Program-made: the position numbers and the translations under genes
Assembly (NCBI GenBank): GCA_016787805.1
Contig: JAEUTY010000046.1
Location: forward strand, 30,016 to 94,015
DNA: 64,000 bases
Direction: 5' to 3'
Source: Flavobacterium sp.
Lineage (GTDB): Bacteria; Bacteroidota; Bacteroidia; Flavobacteriales; Flavobacteriaceae
Notes under the pieces: generated by a model
The model's input: only the letters and a program-made list of their open reading frames with translations
What the model was told of the DNA's origin: nothing
Databases searched by the model: none
Shown here: piece by piece, positions 1 through 10,621 of the stretch
Layout of the letters: each line of letters begins with the position of its first letter
How positions within the stretch are numbered: the first letter of the stretch is position 1

Positions 1-185
1 AAGCTAATATTATCTTCAAAATGAATGTGCATTCCGTCGGCTATCAGCTCATTGGTTAGCATGGTTGGCGTTTTGTCGTAGCCTGAAACGTTCTTCCCAA
101 TATTTTGAAAATAGCGCGCTAGAGCACTCATTCCGATGCCTCCGATTCCGATGAAATAGACGTTATGTATTTGGTTTAGGTTCAT
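1..185 (-). CDS. murC: UDP-N-acetylmuramate--L-alanine ligase, N-terminal fragment running off the left edge
   Basis: Reverse translation from the ATG at 183-185 gives MNLNQIHNVYFIGIGGIGMSALARYFQNIGKNVSGYDKTPT..., the GxGxxG start typical of MurC. It lies directly downstream of murG in a dcw cluster. It is absent from the ORF track because it is truncated. Confidence 0.8.
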   Translation of the reverse strand, partial: MNLNQIHNVYFIGIGGIGMSALARYFQNIGKNVSGYDKTPTMLTNELIADGMHIHFEDNIS

Positions 186-323
186 TTTCAGTTTCAAAAT
201 TCAAAATCAATGTCAAAATTCAATTTCAAAATTCAATTTCAAAATTCAATGGCAAGCTCAATATCAATTACAAAATTTATTTATTGATTTTTGTTATTGT
301 AATCGTCATTGCAATTGATATTG

Positions 324-1415
324 TTACTTGATTAATTTTATTATTTGTTCAACTATGTCTTTTGTTGCGTTGGGTTTGGCTAAGCTTTTGATGCTTTGGC
401 TTAACTCGTTTTGTTTATTTTCATTAAAAATCAAATCGGAGAAAACCGTTTCAAAGGATGAATCCAATTCACTTTCTTTTAGTAAAATCGCTCCATTTTT
501 ATCTCCAATTGCTTTGGCGTTTTTGGTTTGATGGTCTTCGGCTACATTGGGCGATGGAATGAAAATAGTTGGTTTTCCCACCAAACATAGTTCCGACACC
601 GATGATGCTCCTGCGCGAGAAATCACAAAATCCGCTGCAGCGTAAATCAAATCCATTCGATCAATGAAGGCTACGACTTGTACATTTTCTTTATCGTTGT
701 ATTTTTTATACTCCTCGAAATACAATTTTCCGCATTGCCAAAAAATCTGAATTCCGTTGCCCAACAAAAAATCCAATTCTTTTTCGATTAATTGGTTGAT
801 GCGACGAGCACCTAAACTTCCGCCTAAAACCAACAACGTCTTTTTATTTGCATCCAATTTGAAATACGAAATGCCTTCACTTCTTTTAGTGTCAACATCC
901 AGCAAATCTTGTCGAACAGGATTTCCGGTAAACACAATTTTGTCTTTTGGAAAAAAGCGTTCTAGATTTTCGTAAGCGACACAAATCGCATTGGCTTTTT
1001 TACTTAACATTTTATTGGTGATTCCGGGATATGAATTCTGCTCTTGAATGACCGTTGGAATGTTCATGCTATTGGCCATTTGTAACAGAGGACCACTGGC
1101 AAAACCGCCCGTTCCAATGACCGCATCGGGTTTGAATCGCTTTATTATTTTGCGTGATTTCCATAAACTGCTGATTAATTTGAATGGAAATAGCATGTTT
1201 TGCAAGGTCAACTTACGTTGAATTCCAGCAATCCAAAGTCCTTCAATGTCATAACCTGCTTGTGGTACTTTTTGCATTTCCATTTTATCTTGCGCGCCCA
1301 CAAACAGGAATTCTGCATCTGGGAAACGCAATTTTAATTCGTTGGCTATCGCAATCGCAGGATAGATGTGACCTCCTGTTCCGCCTCCACTTAATATGAA
1401 TTTGTGTTTTTTCAT
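324..1415 (-). CDS. murG: Undecaprenyldiphospho-muramoylpentapeptide beta-N-acetylglucosaminyltransferase
   Basis: 363 aa with the N-terminal [11 protein letters not shown] motif of GT28 MurG enzymes. It sits between ftsW and murC. Confidence 0.9.
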   Translation of the reverse strand: MKKHKFILSGGGTGGHIYPAIAIANELKLRFPDAEFLFVGAQDKMEMQKVPQAGYDIEGLWIAGIQRKLTLQNMLFPFKLISSLWKSRKIIKRFKPDAVIGTGGFASGPLLQMANSMNIPTVIQEQNSYPGITNKMLSKKANAICVAYENLERFFPKDKIVFTGNPVRQDLLDVDTKRSEGISYFKLDANKKTLLVLGGSLGARRINQLIEKELDFLLGNGIQIFWQCGKLYFEEYKKYNDKENVQVVAFIDRMDLIYAAADFVISRAGASSVSELCLVGKPTIFIPSPNVAEDHQTKNAKAIGDKNGAILLKESELDSSFETVFSDLIFNENKQNELSQSIKSLAKPNATKDIVEQIIKLIK

Positions 1416-2698
1416 TTTTTTAAAACCGCATTCATTGGATTATCTTCGATAGAGAAATTTTCTTCTTCATTTTCAGCTTCTTCCTCTTCTTTTATTTGTT
1501 TGTCGATAAGTCGCTGCAATGCTTCTTCTCGTTTTTGTTTTTCTTGTAATTCTTCAGCGATTTCTTCTTCTTTTTTAGTTACACTCAGAATGATTCCGAC
1601 TGCAATACATGTCATCCAAACTGAACTTCCTCCCGAACTAATTAACGGCAACGTTTGCCCAGTTACAGGTAACAATTCCACCGCTACAGCCATATTAATC
1701 AAGGCTTGAAAAATGATGGGAAAACCTAAGCCAATGACCACTAATTTTCCAAACATTGAGTTTGCTTTATGTGCTGCCACGACAAATCGGAAAAGTAATA
1801 ACATATACATTCCTAAAACGGTTAATGCCCCCAACAGACCATATTCTTCAACGATAATTGCATAAATAAAATCGGAAGACGACTGCGGTAAGAAATTCTT
1901 CTGCACACTTTTTCCTGGGCCTAAACCGTAAACACCTCCTGAGGCAATAGCTATTTTGGCTTTTTCAATTTGGTAATCGTCTTCGTTGGGTTTGTTGGTA
2001 GTAAAACTATCAATACGACTCATCCAAGTATCGACACGATTGGGGAAAGCATCGGGAAAAGCTTTGGCTACCAAAATGAACATTGTCAACACTACAACTC
2101 CTGATCCAATGATGATTCCGATGTATTTTAAAGGATATTTTCCGATGAATGCCAACATCGTTACCATGGCAAAAATGAGTGCCGCTGTTGAAAAGTTGGC
2201 CGGAAGAATAAACATTAGAGTTATAAAAACTGGAATCCACAAATCGATGAAAGACTCTTTAAAAGTAGGTTCTTTTTCACGTTTTTTAGACAAATAACGC
2301 GCTACATAAATGTATAAAATGATGGCTGCTAACGTGGATGTTTGAAATGATATTCCAATAAAAGGCACTTGGATCCAGCGACTGGCGTTGGCTCCGTCGA
2401 TTACCGTTCCTTTTACTAAAGTATAAATAAGCAGAACCCAAACAATAGGTAATGCAATACGTGAAATACCACGGAAATAGTGATACGGAATTTTATGCAC
2501 TTGGTAAATGATAAAAAATCCGATGAAGATATGCGCTAAATGTTTGATCAAATACGTCACAGCATTACCGGAACCATGACGCATGTAAGCCAAATTACTA
2601 CTCGCGCTAAAAACAGGCATAAATGAAAACAACGCCAAAAGAGCCACGAAGGCCCAAATGACTTTATCTCCTTTTAAACTGTTGATTATTTTTAGCAT
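1412..2698 (-). CDS. ftsW: SEDS-family peptidoglycan glycosyltransferase (FtsW/RodA/SpoVE family), FtsW by context
   Basis: 428 aa polytopic membrane protein between murD and murG. It overlaps the murG start by 4 nt and has a Glu-rich C-terminal tail. Confidence 0.85.
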   Translation of the reverse strand: MLKIINSLKGDKVIWAFVALLALFSFMPVFSASSNLAYMRHGSGNAVTYLIKHLAHIFIGFFIIYQVHKIPYHYFRGISRIALPIVWVLLIYTLVKGTVIDGANASRWIQVPFIGISFQTSTLAAIILYIYVARYLSKKREKEPTFKESFIDLWIPVFITLMFILPANFSTAALIFAMVTMLAFIGKYPLKYIGIIIGSGVVVLTMFILVAKAFPDAFPNRVDTWMSRIDSFTTNKPNEDDYQIEKAKIAIASGGVYGLGPGKSVQKNFLPQSSSDFIYAIIVEEYGLLGALTVLGMYMLLLFRFVVAAHKANSMFGKLVVIGLGFPIIFQALINMAVAVELLPVTGQTLPLISSGGSSVWMTCIAVGIILSVTKKEEEIAEELQEKQKREEALQRLIDKQIKEEEEAENEEENFSIEDNPMNAVLKK

Positions 2699-2779
2699 GG
2701 TTGTTTTGTTTCAGGTTTCAAGTTTCAGGTTTCAAGTTTCAGGTAAAACAACTTGAAACATTAAACTTGAAACAAATTG

Positions 2780-4114
2780 TTACAAGTTGCGCACCTCGTT
2801 TTTGAATTGATTCCCTCTGTCTTCGTAATTTTGGAACAGATCGAAACTCGCGCAAGCGGGTGAAAGCAAAACGGTGTCGCCTTTTTCAGCAATGTGTTTG
2901 GCGGTGTGTACTGCATCTCGCATGTTATCCACTTCGACCATCATATCAACGATATTAGCAAAAGCTTCAATGATTTTTTTGTTGTCTATTCCGAGGCAAA
3001 TAATCGCTTTTACTTTTTCGTGAACGAGCGCCATTAACTCCGAATAATCGTTTCCTTTATCGACACCACCGACAATCCAAATAGTTGGGGTATTCATGCT
3101 GTCTAAAGCGAAAAAAGTTGCATTGACATTGGTCGCTTTACTGTCGTTGATGTATTGTACATTTTGAATTTTGAGTACTTTTTCGAGACGATGTTCGACA
3201 CCTTGGAAATTGGACAAACTTTCGCGAATGGTTTGTTTTCGAATGCGCATTAACTGAGCGACCGAAGTGGCTGCCATAGCGTTTTTCATGTTGTGTTTGC
3301 CTTCCAATGCAATGTTGGCCGTTTCCATTAAAAACTCTTCTTGATTGATGTTGATTTCCATAATTTGTTTGTTTAGGTATGCGCCATTTTCAACTGGTTT
3401 TGAAACCGAAAACGGTATTAATTGTGCTTTCACTTTATTATTTAGTAACCAGTTGGCGATTGCTTCATCATCGGCGTCGTAGATGAGATAATCGTCTTCG
3501 GTTTGGTTCATTGTTATTCTGAATTTGGATGCGATGTAATTTTCGTATTTATACTCGTATCGATCCAAATGGTCGGGACTGATGTTGGTAATGATAGCAA
3601 TGTGTGGTTTGTAATTGATGATGCCGTCCAACTGAAAACTGCTCAATTCCAACACGTACGAATCGTAATTTTCTTCGGCCACTTGCCAAGCAAAACTTTT
3701 TCCTATATTTCCGCCTAAACCCACATTCAATCCGCCTTCTTTAAGCAAATGATACGTTAGCATTGTGGTCGTTGTTTTACCGTTGCTTCCTGTAATTCCG
3801 ATGGTGATCGCTTTGTTGAATTGGTCGGCAAACTCGATTTCGGAGATGACAGGAATCCCTTTTTCAACCAACTTTTTCACTATTGGTGCTTTATCAGGAA
3901 TTCCGGGACTTTTCATTACCACGGTAGCATTCAGAATTACTTCTTCTGTGTGCTGCTCGTCTTCCCATTTAATTTCATATTGATTAAGAACGTCTTTATA
4001 GTTGTCTTTTATTTTTCCGAAGTCAGACACAAACACTTCGTAACCTTCTTTTTTTCCTAAAATGGCCGTACCCACGCCACTTTCGCCACCACCTAATACA
4101 ACCAATCGTTTCAT
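2780..4114 (-). CDS. murD: UDP-N-acetylmuramoylalanine--D-glutamate ligase
   Basis: 444 aa with the Mur-ligase P-loop GITGSNGKTT, in dcw order. Confidence 0.9.
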   Translation of the reverse strand: MKRLVVLGGGESGVGTAILGKKEGYEVFVSDFGKIKDNYKDVLNQYEIKWEDEQHTEEVILNATVVMKSPGIPDKAPIVKKLVEKGIPVISEIEFADQFNKAITIGITGSNGKTTTTMLTYHLLKEGGLNVGLGGNIGKSFAWQVAEENYDSYVLELSSFQLDGIINYKPHIAIITNISPDHLDRYEYKYENYIASKFRITMNQTEDDYLIYDADDEAIANWLLNNKVKAQLIPFSVSKPVENGAYLNKQIMEININQEEFLMETANIALEGKHNMKNAMAATSVAQLMRIRKQTIRESLSNFQGVEHRLEKVLKIQNVQYINDSKATNVNATFFALDSMNTPTIWIVGGVDKGNDYSELMALVHEKVKAIICLGIDNKKIIEAFANIVDMMVEVDNMRDAVHTAKHIAEKGDTVLLSPACASFDLFQNYEDRGNQFKNEVRNL

Positions 4115-5340
4115 TATCTGAGTTTTAATGTTACAATAGAAACAATGGCGAGTAAGATGGTTACAATCCAGAATCGGGTTACGATTTTACTTTCGTGATA
4201 GCCTTTTTTCTGGTAGTGATGATGCAATGGTGACATGAGGAAAATGCGTCGGCCTTCGCCAAATCGTTTTTTTGTGTATTTGAAATACGTTACCTGAATG
4301 ATTACTGAAGCACTTTCGGCAAAGAAAATGGCACACAATACTGGCAAGAGCATTTCTTTACGAACTGAAATTGCCAAAACTGCTATGATTCCGCCAATAG
4401 TTAAACTTCCTGTATCGCCCATAAAAACAGAGGCTGGATACGAATTGTACCATAAAAATCCTATAAGCGCACCAACAAACGAAGCTATGAAAACGGTCAT
4501 TTCACCCGAATTTGGGATGTACATAATATTAAGGTAACTCGAGAAAATGATGTTACCCGAAACAAAGGTGAAAATCCCGAGCGCCAAAACAGAAATAGCA
4601 GAAGTTCCAGCGGCGAGGCCGTCAATTCCGTCGGTCAAATTGGCTCCGTTAGAAACTGCTGTGATAATGAAAATCACAATAGGAATGAAGATCAACCAAG
4701 CCCAATTATGGTAATTATCGCCAGTCCAAGCTATGAGTTCGGCGTAATCAAATTCATTATTTTTTACAAATGGAATCGTAGTGGCAGTTGATTTATATTC
4801 CACTGGAACACTCGAAATTACGTTTTCCTTTTGATTGAATGTGATTGGTGTTGATGATTTTTCTCTAATGGTAACACTTGGGTGAAAATACAATACTGAA
4901 CCTACAATTAAACCCAAGCCAACTTGTCCAATAACTTTAAAAATCCCTTTTAAACCTTGTTTGTCTTTTTTGAATATTTTGATGTAATCATCAATGAATC
5001 CAATAGTTCCCATCCACAACGTTGTCACAATCAGCAGAATGATGTAAATGTTATTGAGTTTGGTGAGTAATACAACCGGAATTAATGTAGCTATGATGAT
5101 AATGAGTCCACCCATAGTTGGTGTTCCCGCTTTTTGAGTTTGACCTTCTAAACCTAATTCTCGAACTGTTTCACCTACTTGCTGATTGCGTAGAAAATTG
5201 ATGATTTTTTTACCATAAATAGTAGAAATCATCAACGACAAAATAATAGCCAAAGCCGAACGAAATGTAATGTATTGAAACACTCCAGTTCCAGGAACGT
5301 CAAGCGTTTTGTCTAAGTATTCAAATAAGTAATACAACAT
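4114..5340 (-). CDS. mraY: Phospho-N-acetylmuramoyl-pentapeptide transferase
   Basis: 408 aa polytopic membrane protein with a typical MraY start (MLYYLFEYL...), between murE and murD. Confidence 0.9.
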   Translation of the reverse strand: MLYYLFEYLDKTLDVPGTGVFQYITFRSALAIILSLMISTIYGKKIINFLRNQQVGETVRELGLEGQTQKAGTPTMGGLIIIIATLIPVVLLTKLNNIYIILLIVTTLWMGTIGFIDDYIKIFKKDKQGLKGIFKVIGQVGLGLIVGSVLYFHPSVTIREKSSTPITFNQKENVISSVPVEYKSTATTIPFVKNNEFDYAELIAWTGDNYHNWAWLIFIPIVIFIITAVSNGANLTDGIDGLAAGTSAISVLALGIFTFVSGNIIFSSYLNIMYIPNSGEMTVFIASFVGALIGFLWYNSYPASVFMGDTGSLTIGGIIAVLAISVRKEMLLPVLCAIFFAESASVIIQVTYFKYTKKRFGEGRRIFLMSPLHHHYQKKGYHESKIVTRFWIVTILLAIVSIVTLKLR

Positions 5341-5342
5341 AA

Positions 5343-6806
5343 TTATTTGTTTAATTGTTCTAAAAATTCTTTCACTATTTTCATGTCGTCAAAATCGTGT
5401 CGCACACCTTGAATTTCTTGATAAGTTTCATGTCCTTTTCCAGCAATCAATATGATATCATTCGGGTTTGCTAATTGACAGGCAGTTTTTATGGCTTGTT
5501 TTCTATCTACAATTGACAATGATTTTTTGAAATTTTGAGGTTCAACTCCTGCCTCCATTTCGGCAATAATCGTTTCAGGATTTTCTGATCTTGGGTTATC
5601 TGAAGTCAGAATCACCTTATCACTCATCGTGGTAGCAATGTTAGCCATGATAGGACGTTTGGTTTTATCGCGATCTCCGCCACAACCCACAACTGTAATC
5701 AATTGCTCGTTTTTGGTTCGGATATCATCAATAGTTTTTAATACATTTTCCAATGCATCAGGTGTATGAGCATAATCAACAATAGCAGTTATTTTGCTTG
5801 TTGAAATGATGAATTGGAATCGACCAGAAACACTTTCTAGGGTGGATAATAATCGAAGTACTTCCAATGGTTCCAAACCAAGCTCAACAGCAGTTCCGTA
5901 AATCGCCAATAAATTGTAAGCGTTGAAAGTCCCGATTAATCGCACCCAAACTTCATTTTCATTGATTTTAAGCAGTAAACCTCCCAATTGATTTTCGAGA
6001 ATAACCGCTTTGTACTCAGCATACGATTTCAACGCATACGTCAACTTTTTGGCCATCGTATTTTGCAACATTACCAAACCGTTTTTGTCGTCGATATTAG
6101 TTAATGCAAAAGCTGATTTTGGCAAATGATCGAAGAACGATTTTTTAACGTCGCGGTATTCAGCAAACGTCGTATGGTAATCCAAATGATCATGAGATAA
6201 ATTGGTAAAAACGCCACCTGCAAACTCCAAACCTTCTGTTCTTTTTTGATGTACACCATGTGAACTCACTTCCATAAAGCAATATTCGCAACCGATTTCA
6301 GCCATTTCATCCAAATAATAATTGATAGTAAGTGAATCAGGCGTTGTGTGTGTTGCCTTGTACTCCGTGTCGTTAACCATTATTTTGACAGTAGATAACA
6401 AACCTACTTTGTAACCTGCTTTTTTAAATAATTGGTATAAAAGTGACGCAATAGTCGTTTTGCCATTGGTTCCTGTTATTCCAACTAATTTTAGTTTAGA
6501 AGAAGGATTATCGTAAAAATTGGTAGCCATAAAAGCCAAAGCTGCGTTGGTGTCTTTTACTTGTATGTAAGTGATTCCCGACACTATCATTGATGGCAAT
6601 TCATCACATACGATGGCTTTTGCACCAAAACTTATCGCTTTTTCAATAAAATCATGACCGTTAGAAACCGTTCCGCGAATTGCCACAAAAACATCGCTTT
6701 CCACAATTTTTCTCGAATCAAATTCGATTTTGTTGATGGATATTTCTGTTGAACCCTTAACGACTTCAATAGCTACTTTGTATAATATGTCTTTTAGCGT
6801 AATCAC
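5343..6806 (-). CDS. murE: UDP-N-acetylmuramoyl-L-alanyl-D-glutamate--2,6-diaminopimelate ligase
   Basis: 487 aa with the P-loop [10 protein letters not shown] and the DNPR motif (LTSDNPRSE) characteristic of meso-DAP-adding MurE. Confidence 0.9.
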   Translation of the reverse strand: MITLKDILYKVAIEVVKGSTEISINKIEFDSRKIVESDVFVAIRGTVSNGHDFIEKAISFGAKAIVCDELPSMIVSGITYIQVKDTNAALAFMATNFYDNPSSKLKLVGITGTNGKTTIASLLYQLFKKAGYKVGLLSTVKIMVNDTEYKATHTTPDSLTINYYLDEMAEIGCEYCFMEVSSHGVHQKRTEGLEFAGGVFTNLSHDHLDYHTTFAEYRDVKKSFFDHLPKSAFALTNIDDKNGLVMLQNTMAKKLTYALKSYAEYKAVILENQLGGLLLKINENEVWVRLIGTFNAYNLLAIYGTAVELGLEPLEVLRLLSTLESVSGRFQFIISTSKITAIVDYAHTPDALENVLKTIDDIRTKNEQLITVVGCGGDRDKTKRPIMANIATTMSDKVILTSDNPRSENPETIIAEMEAGVEPQNFKKSLSIVDRKQAIKTACQLANPNDIILIAGKGHETYQEIQGVRHDFDDMKIVKEFLEQLNK

Positions 6807-8800
6807 GATAATTCTAATATGATGGTTTTATTTTTTTGAATGACTTCACCTGGTTTAAGCGACTGCGATTTTACTTTTCCTACGCCAATTACTTTTACCC
6901 TTAATTTCAAACTTTCCAATAGTGTAACAGCATCCATACCTGACATTCCTTTTAGATTAGGGATGAATTTAGGTTTGTCATTCACTTTAGTGTAATAGCT
7001 GTTGAAATTGGCTTCTTGAGTACTAATCTTTTTATTTAAATTTTTGACTTCATTAGTTGTTGGTGCATCTGTAAAAATCTTTTGAGCAATTCTTTTGAAA
7101 ACCGGTCCTGCTACATCAGCACCATAATATCCAGCCGAGACATTAGGCTTGTGAACCACTACTATGCAAGAATATTTTGGCTCTTCAGCAGGAAAAAAGC
7201 CTACAAACGACGAAGCGTAATACATACTTCCGTCTTTTTTGTGGTAATCTACTTGAGCAGTTCCTGTTTTTCCTGCCATCGAAAAATCTTTTGAATACAA
7301 CTTAGATCCTGTTCCGCGTTTTACTACATTCTTCAAAACCGCTTTAAGTTTACTTATAGTTTCTTGGTCGCAAATACTTTTGTTAATCACTTGCTTGTCG
7401 TATTTTTTGATGGTTTTGTTCCATTCTTTGATTTCAGAAACGAATTGTGGTTTGACCATCTCACCATTGTTAGCAACCGCATTGTATAGTGTCAAAGTTT
7501 GTAAAGGTGTAATGGCAACGCTATAGCCAAAAGCCATCCACGGCAATGTGTTTTTGTCCCAACCTTTTTGACCTGGTTGATGTACTACTGGAATTCCTTC
7601 TCCTTTGAAAGGTAATCCGAGTGGTTTATTCAACCCCATTCGATTGATTCGATTAACAAATTCCTCAGGGTTATTTTTATAATTTTCGTAAACAGCTTGC
7701 ACTAAAACCGTGTTGGAAGAAACCTCAAAACCTTTGGCAAGAGAAATTTTTCCGTAACCACCCTTGTGAGAATCACGAACCTTTCTTCCGTTATAAACTA
7801 CTTCTCCTCCACGGCTATCGTATACTTTACTAGTATCAACTTTTTTATCATCTAATAACGCAATCATATCGACCAACTTGAATGTGGAACCAGGTTCGTG
7901 TGATTCGGCCACCGCATAATTGATGGTTTCGTAATACGAACCGTCTTCGGCTCTTCCTAAATTGGAAATGGCTTTTACATAACCTGTTTTAGTTTCCATA
8001 ACTACCACACAACCATGATCGGCTTGGTAAAATTCAAGTTGTTTCAACAAAGCATGATGAGCAATATCTTGAATGTAAACATCAATAGTTGAAATCACAT
8101 CGTAACCATCTTGAGGTTCGACTTCGTTTACATCGCGTATCGGTTTCCATTGACCTTTGGCTATTTTTTGCTTTTGAACACGACCGTCTTTTCCGTTTAA
8201 ATAGTTCCCAAAAGCACCTTCAATTCCCACACGTTTAAGCATTCCGTCTTCATCGATACGCTCGTATCCAATTGTACGTTCGGCGATTTTTCCAATAGGA
8301 TGTTCGCGAACGGTTTCTTGTTCGACTATGATTCCGCCTTTATACGCACCTTTATTGAACAGCGGTAAATTTTTCACATCAACATATTGCGTATAGGTCA
8401 ATCCTTTTGCAATTAACAAATACCGATTTTGATTGGTTCTCGCTTTACGCAATTCCGATTCTATTGCTGATTTTGGTTTTCCAAGTAATTTTGAAAGTCC
8501 AAGTGCTAATGAATCGACGTGCACATCAAAATCTTCTTTTTTGGGAGCCACAGCATCAAAACGAATGGTATAATTTGGAATCGAAGTGGCTAACAAACTT
8601 CCATCTGCTGAATAAATATTGCCTTTATTGGCTGGGATTACAAATGATTTTACTGTTCGCTCTTTGGCTAATTTTCGGTAATAATCGCCTTCTACCCATT
8701 GAATGTTGGTTAACTTCACGGTAACAGCAATCGCCATCAAAAACAAAATGAATGCGACGAGATAAATACGATACGATATTTGCTTATCTTCTATTGCCAT
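6803..8800 (-). CDS. ftsI: Class B penicillin-binding protein / division transpeptidase with a C-terminal PASTA-like domain
   Basis: 665 aa with an N-terminal TM anchor and the STFK, SSN and KTGT motifs. The C-terminal ~65 aa resemble a PASTA domain. In dcw context. Confidence 0.85.
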   Translation of the reverse strand: MAIEDKQISYRIYLVAFILFLMAIAVTVKLTNIQWVEGDYYRKLAKERTVKSFVIPANKGNIYSADGSLLATSIPNYTIRFDAVAPKKEDFDVHVDSLALGLSKLLGKPKSAIESELRKARTNQNRYLLIAKGLTYTQYVDVKNLPLFNKGAYKGGIIVEQETVREHPIGKIAERTIGYERIDEDGMLKRVGIEGAFGNYLNGKDGRVQKQKIAKGQWKPIRDVNEVEPQDGYDVISTIDVYIQDIAHHALLKQLEFYQADHGCVVVMETKTGYVKAISNLGRAEDGSYYETINYAVAESHEPGSTFKLVDMIALLDDKKVDTSKVYDSRGGEVVYNGRKVRDSHKGGYGKISLAKGFEVSSNTVLVQAVYENYKNNPEEFVNRINRMGLNKPLGLPFKGEGIPVVHQPGQKGWDKNTLPWMAFGYSVAITPLQTLTLYNAVANNGEMVKPQFVSEIKEWNKTIKKYDKQVINKSICDQETISKLKAVLKNVVKRGTGSKLYSKDFSMAGKTGTAQVDYHKKDGSMYYASSFVGFFPAEEPKYSCIVVVHKPNVSAGYYGADVAGPVFKRIAQKIFTDAPTTNEVKNLNKKISTQEANFNSYYTKVNDKPKFIPNLKGMSGMDAVTLLESLKLRVKVIGVGKVKSQSLKPGEVIQKNKTIILELS

Positions 8801-9138
8801 AACTTTTGGAAGAAACTTTTTTCTGCTGGTTTTTTGACTTTAATTTTTACGGGAGGAACTTGCGAAGGCACAATTCCACGCGCTTCCATTTTTTTTGAAA
8901 TGGTGGATTCCATTTTCAGTTGCATTAATTCGGAGCGACGATCCACAAATTCTGACCGCAACTCTTTAACTTCATTGGACAAATCGGCTATTTTGAATAC
9001 TTTTTGTTCAAATCGATGCGTATTGGCGATCATAATAATGGCTAATAAAATCAAGAAGACAATAAAGCGCCAGTTTTTGGTAGCATCTTCATTGACTAAG
9101 AATCGAGCTTTTACTATGTTGTAAATTCCACCTTTCAT
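8791..9138 (-). CDS. FtsL-like small bitopic division protein
   Basis: 115 aa with one TM helix (WRFIVFLILLAIIMI) followed by a coiled-coil segment, in the ftsL slot between rsmH and ftsI. The sequence itself is not diagnostic. Confidence 0.6.
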   Translation of the reverse strand: MKGGIYNIVKARFLVNEDATKNWRFIVFLILLAIIMIANTHRFEQKVFKIADLSNEVKELRSEFVDRRSELMQLKMESTISKKMEARGIVPSQVPPVKIKVKKPAEKSFFQKLWQ

Positions 9139-9223
9139 ATTTTCACTACAAAGACGCTAAGGCGCCAAAGCATTTTTTATTTAGATAACTATATCCTGAT
9201 CACCGAAAACTGACCAATAAATA

Positions 9224-10132
9224 CTATTTTTTTTCTGCGATTCTAAGTTTGGCACTTCGAGCGCGGTTGTTGATTTTTATTTCGGCCTCAGAAGGCACTA
9301 TTAGCTTACCAATCAAATGGAACGGAACCGAAAAATTACCAAAGAAATCACGTTCGGGTTCGCCTTCAAACATTCCATTTTTCATGAATCTTTTCACCAA
9401 TCTATCTTCCAAAGAATGATATGAAATCACACTCAATCTTCCTTCAGGTTTCAGTATTTCAAGTGTTTGCTGCAAAAATTCTTTCAAAACTTCCATTTCT
9501 TCATTCACTTCAATCCGAATGGCTTGGTAAATTTGCGCTAGCACTTTATTTTTTACTTTTTCAGGTAAATATTTTCCGAGCACCACTTTCAATTCATCCG
9601 TTGTTTTTATCACTTTTTTTTCACGTGCTTCGAGGATGGTTCGGGCTAATGCTGGAGCATTTTTCAATTCACCATAATCATAAAACACACGTCTCAAACT
9701 AGCATCATCGTATTCGTTGATGACTTTGAAAGCGTTTAGTTCGTTTTTCTGACTCATCCGCATATCCAAATCCGCATCAAAACGAGTTGAAAAACCGCGC
9801 TCTGGTATGTCAAACTGGTGCGATGAAACGCCTAAATCGGCTAAAATTCCGTCGACTTGTTTCACACCATAAAATCTCAAAAAACGTTTGATATATCTGA
9901 AATTTTCACCTATCAAAGTAAATCGTTCATCAGGCAATGCGTTGGCCAAAGCATCTTCGTCTTGATCAAAACCAAACAACTTTCCGTTGGGTCCGAGTCG
10001 ACTCAAAATTTCTTTGGAGTGACCGCCGCCTCCAAACGTAACGTCTACATAAATTCCGTCGGGTTTGATATTGAGACCGTCAACTGTTTCTTTTAAAAGA
10101 ACCGGATTATGATATTCCATTGTCATCGTCAT
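9224..10132 (-). CDS. rsmH: 16S rRNA (cytosine1402-N4)-methyltransferase
   Basis: 302 aa with the SAM motif DVTFGGGGHS, downstream of mraZ. The real start may be the MEYHNPVLL Met at 10120. Confidence 0.9.
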   Translation of the reverse strand: MTMTMEYHNPVLLKETVDGLNIKPDGIYVDVTFGGGGHSKEILSRLGPNGKLFGFDQDEDALANALPDERFTLIGENFRYIKRFLRFYGVKQVDGILADLGVSSHQFDIPERGFSTRFDADLDMRMSQKNELNAFKVINEYDDASLRRVFYDYGELKNAPALARTILEAREKKVIKTTDELKVVLGKYLPEKVKNKVLAQIYQAIRIEVNEEMEVLKEFLQQTLEILKPEGRLSVISYHSLEDRLVKRFMKNGMFEGEPERDFFGNFSVPFHLIGKLIVPSEAEIKINNRARSAKLRIAEKK

Positions 10133-10580
10133 TTACATTTCCCATCACATCTTCGGCTAAATCAGCAAAGTCAACAACCGAGTCATCAATGGCTTTTTCA
10201 TACAATTCTTTGTCCCAAATTTCAACGATATTGATTGCTGAATTCACTACGATATCTTTGGTGATTTTAGCAAAAACAGTTAGATCTTTCGGAATTAACA
10301 AACGACCCAAATTGTCAATTTCAACCACTTTTACACCTGCTGAAAAACGACGAATGAAATCATTATTCTTTTTTACAAATCGGTTGAGTTTGTTGATTTT
10401 TTGCATCATCAAATTCCACTCACTCATCGGATACAACTCCAAACAAGGCTGGAAAACTGAACGTTTCAAGACAAAACCATCTTGAAGAGAACCAGCCAAT
10501 TGCTTTTTCAAAGGAGCAGGCAAAAGCAACCTTCCTTTAGCATCAACTTTGCATTCGTATGTTCCAATTATTGAGTTCAA
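10107..10580 (-). CDS. mraZ: Division/cell wall cluster transcriptional regulator MraZ (start reassigned to an in-frame TTG)
   Basis: Two SpoVT/AbrB-like halves (KVDAKGRLLLP and EIDNLGRLLIP). The track's ATG at 10637 adds 19 non-conserved residues and lies inside the putative operator. The TTG at 10578-10580 gives the typical MNSIIGTYECKVD N-terminus, 23 nt downstream of a -7 box. Confidence 0.8.
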   Translation of the reverse strand: MNSIIGTYECKVDAKGRLLLPAPLKKQLAGSLQDGFVLKRSVFQPCLELYPMSEWNLMMQKINKLNRFVKKNNDFIRRFSAGVKVVEIDNLGRLLIPKDLTVFAKITKDIVVNSAINIVEIWDKELYEKAIDDSVVDFADLAEDVMGNVNDDDNGIS

Positions 10581-10603
10581 TAGTTTGAATTTGTGATAAT
10601 GAG

Positions 10604-10611
10604 CAAAAATA
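10604..10611 (-). promoter_or_regulatory. Bacteroidota -7 promoter box (TATTTTTG) for mraZ / the dcw operon
   Basis: The minus strand reads TATTTTTG, matching TAnnTTTG, 23 nt upstream of the proposed TTG start. Confidence 0.45.
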
Positions 10612-10621
10612 TAAAATAATT

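Noticed and set aside
8780-9124. 114-aa plus-strand ORF almost fully antisense to the ftsL-like gene. Similar long antisense ORFs occur at 10120-10485, 18236-18688 and 35194-35544.
   Set aside because: The minus-strand partners have recognisable families or features (FtsL-like TM plus coiled coil, MraZ, a signal peptide protein, TatA) and fit operon context. The antisense products are low-complexity and Cys/Phe-rich, which is typical of shadow ORFs in AT-rich DNA.
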